54,423 nucleotides of DNA from a virus (taxonomy: Duplodnaviria; Caudoviricetes): positions 1 to 54,423 of the IMG/VR virus record IMGVR_UViG_3300023174_000213. The stretch is one strand, 5' to 3'. The notes under the pieces are model-generated. The model did not search any database, had not been told where the DNA came from, and saw nothing but the letters and a program-made list of their open reading frames with translations. The translations under genes were made by a program, and so were the position numbers. Below are positions 39,478 to 49,319 of the stretch, one piece after another; the first letter of the stretch is position 1; each line of letters begins with the position of its first letter.

Positions 39478-39900
39478 TTAGACGAAGATATTTGTGACGA
39501 TACCTACAACGATGCTCAAGATGGCTCCAAGGACGGCAATACCAATTGCCTGATTCTTGCTGTGACGCTGTCCATCGAGCGTGCGTCGCTGGATTTTTTG
39601 GTCTTCAATGATGTCGTCAATCCGTGAGTGGATATCGGAGCTCATTGACTGACGCTCGATATCCGACTCGCGAATTTGACTAGCCACGTCCTTCTTCAAT
39701 TCTGTGACTGATTTGGCATTGTCGATATCTGAATCCTTGAGATCGCGCTCTAACCTCGTGATGCGCTCGTTATACGAGTCAAACTTGAGGTTGACAAACT
39801 CACGAGTAGCCATTTGAGCTTGCATGGTTTCGAGCACACGAGTGATGTGCTCGAGCATAACTCGGAGTTCACCAGGAGTTGGGTCGCGATCTGGGGACAT
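39478..39900 (-). CDS. Coiled-coil protein with C-terminal transmembrane helix (lysis cassette)
   Basis: 140 aa directly downstream of the endolysin; TM AIGIAVLGAILSIVVGIV. Confidence 0.65.
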   Translation of the reverse strand: MSPDRDPTPGELRVMLEHITRVLETMQAQMATREFVNLKFDSYNERITRLERDLKDSDIDNAKSVTELKKDVASQIRESDIERQSMSSDIHSRIDDIIEDQKIQRRTLDGQRHSKNQAIGIAVLGAILSIVVGIVTNIFV

Positions 39901-39903
39901 TAG

Positions 39904-40707
39904 TTAGCCGATAGCCTTCCATGTTTTTGGCCCAACAGTTCCGTCAACCTTAAGGTCGTGCTTAGCCTGAAACTCCATGACGTGCTTCTTAGTGTCAGGG
40001 CCAAAGACTCCATCAGCAGTAATGCCGAGTTTCTCTTGAAGATGCTTGACGTGTACTCCCTTTGATCCAACCTTGACTGCGGGTCGAGATATGGGAGTAG
40101 CTGGGGCTGCAACGGCGGCTGCGACAGCTACTGCTGCCTCAGTCTTTACCAATTCAGCAGCGCCTTGATCGTCGTGCGTTGGAGCTGGTGCAACAGGTGC
40201 GTCGGGCGGGGTCTCTACTGGTGCAGTGGCAATTGACTTTTCCCACTCAATGAGGTGATCAAAGAACTTAACTGGTTCGATGTAACCTGCTCCAGTTGCG
40301 TTCCAGGTGTGAACCTTGCCCTTGTGAAGTTCCCAGTGGAGGTGCTTACCAGTTGACATACCAGTTGAGCCCATTTTTCCAAGCGGGGTTCCGGCTTCAA
40401 TTTTCTGACCCTTTTTTACTTTGACTGATCCATCAGCCATATGTGCATACAGCGTGGTGTACCAATCGCCTTTAATTTTGTGAAGTAGCGTAACGCTATT
40501 TCCAAAACCAGCGGGATTGTTGCCAATGTAAAGAACTGTACCATCATATGGTGCTTCAATCCAGCAAGGCTCTTGTCCAGACCAGATGTCTGTACCATTG
40601 TGGTGCTTTTTTGTTTTTGTGACGGGGTGGATACGCCAGCCCATTATGGACGTAACTTTCCATGCTTTTCCAGGCTTTCCGTCAATTGGATACTGTGCTT
40701 TTGCCAT
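39904..40707 (-). CDS. Endolysin: M23 peptidase + peptidoglycan-binding domain
   Basis: HNGTD and HLH (M23), YAHM; C-terminal LQEKLG..ADGVFGP.T...FQ....DGTVGPKTW. Confidence 0.9.
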   Translation of the reverse strand: MAKAQYPIDGKPGKAWKVTSIMGWRIHPVTKTKKHHNGTDIWSGQEPCWIEAPYDGTVLYIGNNPAGFGNSVTLLHKIKGDWYTTLYAHMADGSVKVKKGQKIEAGTPLGKMGSTGMSTGKHLHWELHKGKVHTWNATGAGYIEPVKFFDHLIEWEKSIATAPVETPPDAPVAPAPTHDDQGAAELVKTEAAVAVAAAVAAPATPISRPAVKVGSKGVHVKHLQEKLGITADGVFGPDTKKHVMEFQAKHDLKVDGTVGPKTWKAIG

Positions 40708-40755
40708 GATTTTTTCTTCCTTTGTGGGAGTAGTATTACTACAATTTTACCGTGA

Positions 40756-40932
40756 TTACTTGTCGTCGTCTTTAGGGTTACGAAGCCTGTAAGTGACAAT
40801 CCAGATGCAGAGTGATACGAGGATGCACCATCCGACTACTTCTTTAGCCGATCCTTCGAGTACAACCCAAGCGACAAACATGCCAAGCAATGTCCAAAGC
40901 TGTCCAATAATGTCGTTTAAAAAACCTTTCAT
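40756..40932 (-). CDS. Small two-TM membrane protein (58 aa, missing from track; holin-like candidate)
   Basis: MKGFLNDIIGQLWTLLGMFVAWVVLEGSAKEVVGWCILVSLCIWIVTYRLRNPKDDDK; ATGA overlap with the upstream gene. Confidence 0.7.
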   Translation of the reverse strand: MKGFLNDIIGQLWTLLGMFVAWVVLEGSAKEVVGWCILVSLCIWIVTYRLRNPKDDDK

Positions 40933-42473
40933 TGTTTCCTCCTTCCCGTGCTCGATGATCCTGATTTTGAAGAGGCTGAGGCGCTCGCCGATGTGGCAGC
41001 AGCCATAGTTGCAGTGGCGGCAGCTTGCGTAGCAATCTGCGTAACGATAATGGCGGAGACAACAACTTTTTCAGATTGCTTGCGGACCTCGGGAGACATG
41101 TCAGCACCCACGTTGCCAACAAAGTTGATTGCATCTGCCAGAGCTACAATCGCGCTACCGAGGACTGGAATGGCCGCAAGTTCTTCTGAGACGACAATGT
41201 CGTCAGCTGTTGCCTCCGCCCACAACTCCTCCATGACTTCTTCTTCGGTCGGAGGAGTTGGCTCTACAGTTGGCTCAACTGTAGGTTCGGGGGAAGGTTC
41301 TGGGGTGGGTTCTGTAGTTGGCTCTGGCTCTGGCTCTGGCTCTACATAGGGAATGTATGGCTGAATTGAAGCCCGCATATCCAAGGCGTTTTGCAGTGCT
41401 TCTTCGAGGGGAGGAACGGCTACTTCAGCTTCTGATTTAGCTTGAGCTGTCTGCTCCGTAAGAATTAAGGCTGTGTTATATCCGTCTTGAGCCGAGGTAT
41501 AGCCTTCTTCGGCGACTAAGAGACTTGACGATGCTCTACTTTGTACGGCCTGTTTTTCTTGAAGAATTACCAGAAGCGCAGGATCGTGCACATAAGTTAT
41601 CTCGGAGTAGTCGTTCTGCGAGTACCAGCTGGCTGGGATTACTCCCCAGGTGTACCCGTTGTCGTAGTACAGCGTCGAGCACGCTCCACCGCTCCACTCA
41701 TAGTACCAAGCGTCAAGTTGGTACGAACGTCCGGCCTCGAGGTGAAACTTCTGACTCCACCAACCGCCACAACCTTTGAGTACCCAGTTGTCGTTGATAA
41801 CCATTCCATCAAGCGTCATGTACCAGCCGTCATCGGCGTTGTTGAGGAAGTCATATCCGTATGGTGTGGACTCTGGAATTGTAAGGTATCCGGTGTAGTG
41901 GATCATCACATAGTCGTTTCCACACCCTTCGACGCTTCCGCCGCCCCACTGGTGGTTGATGTGCGTGAACGTCACCGTCTTACAGAGATTGTAGAGATTG
42001 TCTGCGCGGGTGGGGTTGGAAGAAGGCAGTTGATTGTAAATGTCAGCGCGTATTCCAGGAATGCGTTCTTCCCCCGGAGAGTTGGGGTCTGGGATCAAGT
42101 TGTTGTCGTAGTTACTCTGGGCCATAGATAGGTCAATGACAGAAGAGTCATATGCGGCCTGCGCTATTGCCAGATTGAGCGTGGTCTGAGCCAGTTGATT
42201 TTCGGACTCGGCCAACTGCGTCTGTGCGGATTCAACAGCAAAAGACGCGTCAATCAGATTAGATTGAGCGCTCTCGAGATCTGCGCGTGATTGTTCAATT
42301 CTGGCGTCGGCTTCACGGACATATCGGTTGTACTCCTCTTGTGACTGAGGAGTGGGGTATGCATATGCTGGAGAAGCCAGTAGCACAAGTGGGAGCACTA
42401 CAACGCCAAGAATTGAAGCAATCAGCGCATTAGTCGTTGCTACGACTTCCAGCGCTTGTCTCGGTAAGCGCAT
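40929..42473 (-). CDS. Exported coiled-coil protein with PA14 domain and Pro/Glu-rich linker
   Basis: Signal peptide ..SPAYA; coiled coils flank PA14-like INHQWGGG..YTGYL..ADDG..YYEWSGGA; EPEPEP linker; hydrophobic C-terminus. Confidence 0.7.
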   Translation of the reverse strand: MRLPRQALEVVATTNALIASILGVVVLPLVLLASPAYAYPTPQSQEEYNRYVREADARIEQSRADLESAQSNLIDASFAVESAQTQLAESENQLAQTTLNLAIAQAAYDSSVIDLSMAQSNYDNNLIPDPNSPGEERIPGIRADIYNQLPSSNPTRADNLYNLCKTVTFTHINHQWGGGSVEGCGNDYVMIHYTGYLTIPESTPYGYDFLNNADDGWYMTLDGMVINDNWVLKGCGGWWSQKFHLEAGRSYQLDAWYYEWSGGACSTLYYDNGYTWGVIPASWYSQNDYSEITYVHDPALLVILQEKQAVQSRASSSLLVAEEGYTSAQDGYNTALILTEQTAQAKSEAEVAVPPLEEALQNALDMRASIQPYIPYVEPEPEPEPTTEPTPEPSPEPTVEPTVEPTPPTEEEVMEELWAEATADDIVVSEELAAIPVLGSAIVALADAINFVGNVGADMSPEVRKQSEKVVVSAIIVTQIATQAAATATMAAATSASASASSKSGSSSTGRRKQ

Positions 42474-42486
42474 GGAATATTTTTAC

Positions 42487-42786
42487 TTATCTCTGGTCTT
42501 CTTGAACGTTGTTGAGTGCGGCCTGAACGTCGTCGTTGCTTTCGGCAGCCTTAGATGCAGCAGCGCGGAATGCAGTTTGAACGTCGGTCGCGGACCAGTT
42601 GCCTGACCAAGCAAGTACGACACCGAGGTAAATAATAACGGTTGCGAATGATGTGCCAGTGGCAATGATGCCACCCATCATCCAGTCTCCACCAGCTGCG
42701 ACAGCGCCAATCCCCATTCCAGGGATAAACGTCATCAGCACAATACCGATGGAACGGAGCACGATGCTCTTGGTGATTTCTTTCAT
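42487..42786 (-). CDS. Two-TM membrane protein (holin-like candidate)
   Basis: 99 aa with two hydrophobic helices at the head of the reverse cassette. Confidence 0.6.
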   Translation of the reverse strand: MKEITKSIVLRSIGIVLMTFIPGMGIGAVAAGGDWMMGGIIATGTSFATVIIYLGVVLAWSGNWSATDVQTAFRAAASKAAESNDDVQAALNNVQEDQR

Positions 42787-42984
42787 GTGGGATACACTTT
42801 CTGGTAGTGGGCAGACAGGGCTATCCGTCAGCCTCTCGGTAGCTGTAATACGACGGAATATTTGTGTATTAAGTATATTTTACCGCTCTTTGTGGCAGGC
42901 GAGTTTTCGTGTTACTATGGTCTTTCCACTCTCTTTTGACACAGAAGAAGATAGAGTTGGGACACTTGCACAGTCAGGAATACG

Positions 42985-45636
42985 GTGAGCGACGAACAAA
43001 ATTTGGAAAAGCTGGCTTCGTGGTACACGGGGTTAGGCTGGAAAATTCTTCCCTGTCATGGGGTGACCGAGGGTGGTCGATGCACTTGCGGTGGTCAGCA
43101 CTCTGACCCCAAGGACATTGGTAAGCACCCCGCTATCTACGACTGGCCCAATCAGGCCACAACCGATCCCAATCAGATTTCGTCGTGGTGGCGTGCTGAA
43201 TCCCGGTACAACATCGGCGTTGCCTGTCGGGACTCCGGCTTTTTTGTAGTCGACATTGACCCTCGATCGGGTGGCTTTGAATCGTTCCTCAAGTTTGAGG
43301 AACTGGTCAATGGGGCACTCCCCCCGACTGTAGAAGCCATTACTGGTGAATACACCTACAAGGGACAGATCCTTCGCGGACGGCACCTCTTCTATAAGTG
43401 TGAGTTTAAGGAAGAGCTGGTTGGCAACCTTAGGGCGGCCAAGCTTCCCGGTATTGACATAAAGCACAACGGCTATGTTTTGCTTCACCCCTCTAATCAC
43501 ATCTCAGGTGTGTCCTATGGGTGGAAGCCTGGCCACGCTCCGTGGGAAATCCACATGGCCGAAGCACCTGACGAACTTCTCGACACCCTGCGTAAGCGTG
43601 GTCGTACTGCTTCAATGCGTAGCTCGACGTCCCTCGGCTCTGGTGACTGGTCTGCTCTTGACGGTCTTGAGTTTAAGGGCGAGCGCATTGACGTGGACAA
43701 GCTTCTTGAGGAGGGTCTTGAGGAGGGCGAGCGTGCTGTAACTATCTACGCTATGTCCTGTGCTCTTGCTAACAAGTTTCCTCAGGATGAGCTCGGTCGT
43801 CAGGCCGTAGAAAACATGATGATCCGTTTCAACTATGAAAAGGTTCGTCCCCCACTCGAACTCGAAGGAGCGACCGGACTTCTCGGCCACGTCCGTCGAG
43901 CTATTGACTTTGTGCACAACAACCCCAAGCACTCGCGGGGTTGGGCTGGAATCTCCGACTGGGAGAAAGACGCTGCTGCTCGTATTGCTGGTGGGTCGCA
44001 AAACACCTCGGCTCTGACTTCGCGCACTGCCCCTGTCTCAACAAGCGACCCTGACGACGATGTCGACTACTCACTGGACGGAACTATCGGCGGCATGGTT
44101 TCCATCGGTGTCCATAACGGTGAATCGATTATGGGCGCTTCAACTATGGGAAACATTGATGTCCCCAAGGACCCCGATGCTGTAAACCCCGAGGACGGTG
44201 GAATTGCTGGACAGCGTTCGCTCACCGACGTCGGGAACGGACGTCGTATCGTTGACAACTTTGGTCAGGGTGTTCGCTACACCCCAGGTCTTGGCTGGTA
44301 CACATGGTCTGGAACACACTGGAAGAACGACATTGAGAACCTTGAGTTGCGTGAGTTGGCAAAGCGTGTCTCTGTGACTATCGCAAGTGAGGTGATCCAC
44401 TACGACGACCCCAACAAGAAGCAAGAGGTCATGAAGTGGGCCATGCAGACTAAGTCAAACGCTCGCCTCAACTCAGCTATCGACAGCTGCACCTCCGACC
44501 CTCGCGTCTTTGTGCCAGTCGATGAGTGGGATAGCGACGATCACCTGCTCGGTGTCAAGAATGGTGTCGTCGACCTGCGGACTGGAGAACTCCTTAAGGG
44601 TCGTCCCGACCTACACATCACTCGACGTAGCCCTGTTGCCTACCAGCCAGGTCGCGTAAATAACCGTTGGACTGACTTTGTTGACTTTGCCACTGGCGGA
44701 GATAAAGAACTTCAGGACTGGATTCAGCGTGCAGTTGGCTACACAATCACTGGTCTCAACACACAAGATGTGATGTTCCTTGTTTACGGTCCCCCTGGGT
44801 CGGGTAAGAACACCTTTGTCGAGGCAATCGTCAAGTGCCTCGGAACCCAGCAGTACGCATGGCCGATGGACTCTACTATTCTTGCTCAGGACAACGGACA
44901 GTCCAACAACACCGACCTCTACCACTGGGCCGAACTCCGTGGCCGCCGTATGGTCTGGGTTGACGAGTTGCCTGAGTCGGAGCGTATCAAAGAGAATGCA
45001 GTCAAGAAGTTGACTGGTTCATCTGAAATCTCGGCGCGTTCTCCCGGTGAGAAGCCGTTCACGTTTCAGTCACACGCCAAGTTGTGGCTCACGACCAACC
45101 ACCGCCCAATCATCACTGACGATGCAATGTGGCGTCGTATTCGTCCGATTCCGTGGTCGCAGGTTCCTGCAGTAGCCGATCCTACGCTCAAGGAGTTCTT
45201 GTTCGATCCTGAGGGTGGCATGCCTGCAATTCTGGCATGGGCTGTCGAGGGGGCAATAAAGTACTTAGGGTCGAAAGATATTGATCCTCTTGGCTGGTGT
45301 ACCGCTGTGCACCAAGCCTCAGATGTATATCGCCGTAGTGAGGACCGTATTGGAATGTTCTTGGTCGAGGAAACGGAAGAGACTCCTGGACTCAACCTTG
45401 CTATTAGTAGCATGTATCTTCGCTACCGTATGTGGAGTGAATCTCGCGGTGAACGTGCCATGACTCAGATTGCTTTGCTCCGTAAACTTCGTGACCGAGG
45501 TATCCCCATCGAGGGAGATGGAAGTCGCGCGATGTTGATGAATCGTGGCTTTATTCCTACTGCGGCCCCTAGTCATACTGCGGGTGGTGCCTTTGATATT
45601 GCTGGCCTCAGCTCAAGCGTGAACTGGGCTCGCTAG
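42985..45636 (+). CDS. Primase-polymerase (Prim-Pol) fused to D5-like SF3 helicase
   Basis: GKHP, NIGV, VDID, GRHLF; D5-like TDVGNGRR, NGVVDLRTG; Walker A GPPGSGKNT; TNHRP, AMWRR. Confidence 0.92.
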   Translation: MSDEQNLEKLASWYTGLGWKILPCHGVTEGGRCTCGGQHSDPKDIGKHPAIYDWPNQATTDPNQISSWWRAESRYNIGVACRDSGFFVVDIDPRSGGFESFLKFEELVNGALPPTVEAITGEYTYKGQILRGRHLFYKCEFKEELVGNLRAAKLPGIDIKHNGYVLLHPSNHISGVSYGWKPGHAPWEIHMAEAPDELLDTLRKRGRTASMRSSTSLGSGDWSALDGLEFKGERIDVDKLLEEGLEEGERAVTIYAMSCALANKFPQDELGRQAVENMMIRFNYEKVRPPLELEGATGLLGHVRRAIDFVHNNPKHSRGWAGISDWEKDAAARIAGGSQNTSALTSRTAPVSTSDPDDDVDYSLDGTIGGMVSIGVHNGESIMGASTMGNIDVPKDPDAVNPEDGGIAGQRSLTDVGNGRRIVDNFGQGVRYTPGLGWYTWSGTHWKNDIENLELRELAKRVSVTIASEVIHYDDPNKKQEVMKWAMQTKSNARLNSAIDSCTSDPRVFVPVDEWDSDDHLLGVKNGVVDLRTGELLKGRPDLHITRRSPVAYQPGRVNNRWTDFVDFATGGDKELQDWIQRAVGYTITGLNTQDVMFLVYGPPGSGKNTFVEAIVKCLGTQQYAWPMDSTILAQDNGQSNNTDLYHWAELRGRRMVWVDELPESERIKENAVKKLTGSSEISARSPGEKPFTFQSHAKLWLTTNHRPIITDDAMWRRIRPIPWSQVPAVADPTLKEFLFDPEGGMPAILAWAVEGAIKYLGSKDIDPLGWCTAVHQASDVYRRSEDRIGMFLVEETEETPGLNLAISSMYLRYRMWSESRGERAMTQIALLRKLRDRGIPIEGDGSRAMLMNRGFIPTAAPSHTAGGAFDIAGLSSSVNWAR

Positions 45637-45642
45637 GCTGAC

Positions 45643-46680
45643 ATGGTAAAGATTGCTATCTACACAATCGCCAAGAACGAGGCGAAGCACGTCGAGCGCT
45701 GGTACCAGTCGGCCAAAGATGCTGACTACCTGCTGATTTGCGACACTGGATCAGAAGACGATACCGTTCAGATTGCCCGTGATCTAGGGATTAGCGTAAT
45801 CAAAACTACCGTCAATCCGTGGAGATTTGACACTGCCCGGAATGCGGCCCTCGACGGAATTCCCGACGACATCGACTACTGTATCTCAATGGATATGGAT
45901 GAGATTATCAGTCCTAACTTTCGAGAAGAACTTGAGAAATGTCTTGAGGACGGTATCACGCTTCCACGTCCGAGCTTTATCTATAACGAAGATATGACTT
46001 TTTTAGCTCAGCGAATTCACGCACGTCACGGGTATCGATGGCGGTGGGCGATCCACGAGGCAATCTGCGTAGTCGACATCACTCAAGTTGAGCGGCCCGT
46101 CAATATCACAATGGAACATCACCCAGATGAAACTAAGTCTCGGGGGAATTACCTTCACCTGCTTGAGTTCTGGGCAAGAGAAGAACCAGAAGATGCTCGG
46201 TATGCGTACTACTATTCGCGGGAGCTGTTTTTCTACTCCCGTATCCGTGAAGCCAAAGAGGAATTTGTCCGGTATCTGAATCTAAAGAGTGCCGTGTGGA
46301 ATGTGGATCGGGCTCGGGCCTGTCGCTTCTTGGCTGAGATGTCTCCTGGCATCGAGGGTAAGCTCTGGCTCCAGCAGGCAACAGAGGAAATCCCCCACTA
46401 CCGAGAAGCGTGGGTCGAACTCGCACAGTGGCACTATGACCGTGAGCAATGGGCAGAAGGACTGGCTGCATCCGAGAAAGCCATCTCAATCGAGGATGGC
46501 GATCACATCTTGGCCTACCAGCGTGAAGCATTTGCGTGGGGAGAAAAAGCCTACGACTTGGCCGCTATCTGTGCACATCGTATGGGGCAGAATAATTTAG
46601 CACTCAAGTATGGAACCGTTGCTCACGAGCTCGCCCCAGACAACGAGCGTCTTAAGAATAATCTCGCCTTTTACGTTTAG
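45643..46680 (+). CDS. Glycosyltransferase family 2 with TPR repeats
   Basis: IAKNE, DTGSED, RFDTARN, DMDE, IHE; TPR-like C-terminus. Confidence 0.85.
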   Translation: MVKIAIYTIAKNEAKHVERWYQSAKDADYLLICDTGSEDDTVQIARDLGISVIKTTVNPWRFDTARNAALDGIPDDIDYCISMDMDEIISPNFREELEKCLEDGITLPRPSFIYNEDMTFLAQRIHARHGYRWRWAIHEAICVVDITQVERPVNITMEHHPDETKSRGNYLHLLEFWAREEPEDARYAYYYSRELFFYSRIREAKEEFVRYLNLKSAVWNVDRARACRFLAEMSPGIEGKLWLQQATEEIPHYREAWVELAQWHYDREQWAEGLAASEKAISIEDGDHILAYQREAFAWGEKAYDLAAICAHRMGQNNLALKYGTVAHELAPDNERLKNNLAFYV

Positions 46681-46695
46681 CGGTACTATTGATAT

Positions 46696-47421
46696 ATGGC
46701 AATTATCAACATCAGTACTCTGATTGACTCTCTGGGCGGTACTAGCGTTACTGACGCAAAAATTGTGGCAACAGCTTTCTCTGCTGGAAAGCCTGCTACT
46801 CGGACTGTCGACAACACCGTTATCTTCCCGAAGCGTATTGAACTCTCTATTGTTGCGGGTGTTCCAGCTTCCAACTTTCAACTACTTCAACTTCCAGTAG
46901 GGATGTATTGGAGTATTGGTGTTTATGTCAGTGGGCTTACTACCCTTATTCGTACCGTGCGTCTTCCTAGCGGTGCTGGTCCATTTGACTTTGATGAGCT
47001 GGTAGATGTAGACCCCGATACGGCACTTGCCGATCCAAATACTGAGGCCGCTGCGGTCTATTTGGCTCAGGTCCAGTCTGCTGCCAATCGTGCAGAAGCT
47101 GCTACCTATGGAATGGCTCAGACCAGCACTGCCGTAAACTACACACTCGTATTAGGTGATGCCGGTAAGCATATATACGTCACAACAACGGGCAGAACAA
47201 TTACCGTTCCTGCCAACTCATCAGTGGCGTTTGCAATCGGAACATCTGTCACAATAGTTAACCCAGGATCCGTTTCGACATCCATCGCTATTACTACCGA
47301 CACCATGTATTTGGCTGGAGTAGGAACAACAGGTACTCGCACCCTTGCTGCTTATGGTATTGCAACGCTACTCAAACTAACGTCTACCACTTGGATCATC
47401 AGCGGGTACGGTCTCACCTAG
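46696..47421 (+). CDS. Virion-type protein with tail adaptor domain
   Basis: C-terminal YTLVLGDAGK..TITVPANSSVAFAIGT..LLKLTSTTWIISG resembles 26354..26749; leaderless -10 TACTAT. Confidence 0.6.
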   Translation: MAIINISTLIDSLGGTSVTDAKIVATAFSAGKPATRTVDNTVIFPKRIELSIVAGVPASNFQLLQLPVGMYWSIGVYVSGLTTLIRTVRLPSGAGPFDFDELVDVDPDTALADPNTEAAAVYLAQVQSAANRAEAATYGMAQTSTAVNYTLVLGDAGKHIYVTTTGRTITVPANSSVAFAIGTSVTIVNPGSVSTSIAITTDTMYLAGVGTTGTRTLAAYGIATLLKLTSTTWIISGYGLT

Positions 47422-47492
47422 TCATCACAAGAGTAAAAACGCTCTTTTAAAGTCTATAATGTGATAGACTGACGTCACGAACAAGGAGAGCT

Positions 47493-47771
47493 ATGAAACT
47501 CAATGATTCAATTGTCGCCGGAATCCGCACATTTGTACCGTGGTTGGTTGGTGTCCTCATCGCCCAGCTATTGCTTATTGGTATTGATGTCCAGCAGATT
47601 CTCGAGGGACTTGCTGGGATCGGAATCTCGGTCGATCTCGGCACTATAGTGACTACCTTCATTGGTATCGTCACAATGGCGTACTATTCTCTCGCAAAGT
47701 GGGCAGAGAAAAAGTGGCCGCAGGTTGGTTGGCTCCTAGGTTATGCCGCGTCTCCGACGTACACCAAGTAG
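47493..47771 (+). CDS. Holin-like membrane protein
   Basis: RTFVPWLVG..., YY..KWAEKKWP.VGWLLG...P.Y pattern of actinophage holin-like proteins; SD AAGGAG. Confidence 0.6.
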   Translation: MKLNDSIVAGIRTFVPWLVGVLIAQLLLIGIDVQQILEGLAGIGISVDLGTIVTTFIGIVTMAYYSLAKWAEKKWPQVGWLLGYAASPTYTK

Positions 47772-47781
47772 CTCCGACTAT

Positions 47782-47811
47782 GGCAGGCTCTCACTTCGGT
47801 GGGGGCCTGTC
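47782..47811 (+). terminator. Hairpin with C-UUCG-G loop
   Basis: GGCAGGCTCTCAC-TTCG-GTGGGGGCCTGTC. Confidence 0.6.
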
Positions 47812-47830
47812 CTATTGGTAGACTGGAATC

Positions 47831-48757
47831 ATGGAATTTAAAACTGAGTTTGTCTTGATGCTCCCTGAGGCAAACAATAATCGCTGGTCTGCATTCAACC
47901 CCTCAATAGCCGAGGCGGGGGACGGGTCTGGGTATGCCATGACCATCAGATCGAGCAACTACATCTTCTCGGAGACTCGGCCACGTGCAATTATTACGCA
48001 GGGGTCCATGGTTCAAAGTAGAGTTTGGTTTGCTCGGCTTGACGCGGACGCCAAGACGATTCTGCCTAGAAAACTTTATCGCCTTCGACTCGACGCGGAC
48101 GTTGAACTCAAGCGAGGCGCAGAAGACGCTCGTCTGTTTTGGCGGGACGGCGGTTGGAAGTTTACTGCCACGATTATGGAAACCCACACTCCAGTTGGTC
48201 GAATGACATTGTGGAATGTAGACGATAAGTCGATGATTGCCACCCTAGAAAAAATCTATCCCGGTCAGCATGAGAAGGTGGTTGAGAAGAATTGGATTCC
48301 CACTTCTGATGGTGGCGGCGACTTTGACTATATATACGGTCCAAACATCGTCTACAAAGACGGAAAGTTTGTTCAGGTTGGGCCACAAGAGAAGCTTCTC
48401 GGGATTCGTGGTGGATCTCAGCTGTTAGCTGACGGGGATGGGTACCTAGCAGTATGCCACGTCGCTTCGCTAGTTGACCCAAGCAAAAAAGTATTTAGCA
48501 ATAAGACTTTTAGTATGGTCCAGTCGCGGGAGCGAAAGTATGAACACCTGTTTGTCCGGTATGACAAGTTGGGACGGATCGTGGCGACGACTCCTAAATT
48601 TAATTTTGGCTACGCTCATATTGAATATGTTGCTGGCCTTGTCCGGCGTGGGGACGATCTAGTTCTATCCTTTGGCGTCGACGATAAAAAAACGTTTATT
48701 GCTGAAATCCCCTACTCTGAGGTTATTGACTCTCTGGTAGAGTTTCCCTATGATTGA
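47831..48757 (+). CDS. Five-bladed beta-propeller glycosidase/phosphorylase-like protein (GH130-like)
   Basis: FNPSI, EDARL, EKNW, RGGS, IEYVAGL, SFGVDD. Confidence 0.65.
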   Translation: MEFKTEFVLMLPEANNNRWSAFNPSIAEAGDGSGYAMTIRSSNYIFSETRPRAIITQGSMVQSRVWFARLDADAKTILPRKLYRLRLDADVELKRGAEDARLFWRDGGWKFTATIMETHTPVGRMTLWNVDDKSMIATLEKIYPGQHEKVVEKNWIPTSDGGGDFDYIYGPNIVYKDGKFVQVGPQEKLLGIRGGSQLLADGDGYLAVCHVASLVDPSKKVFSNKTFSMVQSRERKYEHLFVRYDKLGRIVATTPKFNFGYAHIEYVAGLVRRGDDLVLSFGVDDKKTFIAEIPYSEVIDSLVEFPYD

Positions 48758-49319
48758 ATACATTGGACTCTCGGGATTTGCTCGATCGGGTAAAGACTCT
48801 GCTGCGGACTACATTTCCCTGAAGTACGGGCATCAGAAGGTCTCATTCTCAACTCCAATGAAGGAAGCACTAGTCCGGCTCAACCCACTAATTCGCATTG
48901 TTGATCCTATGGATAACGACACTATGGGTGGATCTACTCTGGCTGAGGCAGTTGACGTGTTTGGATGGGAAGACCTGAAGCAGGTCAGTCCCGACATTCG
49001 TGGCTACATCCAACGCATGGGAACCGAGGTTGGTCGGCAGATGTTTGGTCAAGATATTTGGGTCAATCGTACTTTTGATGAAATCGACGGGGAACGGTTG
49101 GTTGTCTTTGCTGATGTTCGGTTTCAGAATGAGGCGGAACGCGTCCGTAAAGCTGGCGGTCAGATTTGGCGTGTAGAGCGCGATGGAGTTGAAGCTCCAA
49201 ACAAGCACGTTTCTGAATTTGATCTTGAGGGATACCGATTTGACAAGATTCTCCACAACTATGGGACACTAGACGATCTCTATGATCAGATTGATTTTTT
49301 AATGGGACGATTAAAGTAG
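48750..49319 (+). CDS. Deoxynucleoside monophosphate kinase
   Basis: IGLSGFARSGKDS, QRMGTEVGR, DVRFQNE, HVSE. Confidence 0.85.
   Translation: MIEYIGLSGFARSGKDSAADYISLKYGHQKVSFSTPMKEALVRLNPLIRIVDPMDNDTMGGSTLAEAVDVFGWEDLKQVSPDIRGYIQRMGTEVGRQMFGQDIWVNRTFDEIDGERLVVFADVRFQNEAERVRKAGGQIWRVERDGVEAPNKHVSEFDLEGYRFDKILHNYGTLDDLYDQIDFLMGRLK

Noticed and set aside
30095-45636. Inteins or introns in polymerase, helicase or primase
   Set aside because: Motif spacing is ordinary; no intein termini or homing endonuclease motifs recognised
9272-45645. Genome-wide amber (TAG) recoding, suggested by in-frame TAG junctions at 9272, 15823, 37171 and 45634
   Set aside because: Conserved genes are full length in the standard code, TAG serves in TAGTG stop/start overlaps (26352, 35268, 49317), and in-frame TAA junctions occur too. 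About one third of junctions are in frame by chance. Only 15823 has independent domain evidence.
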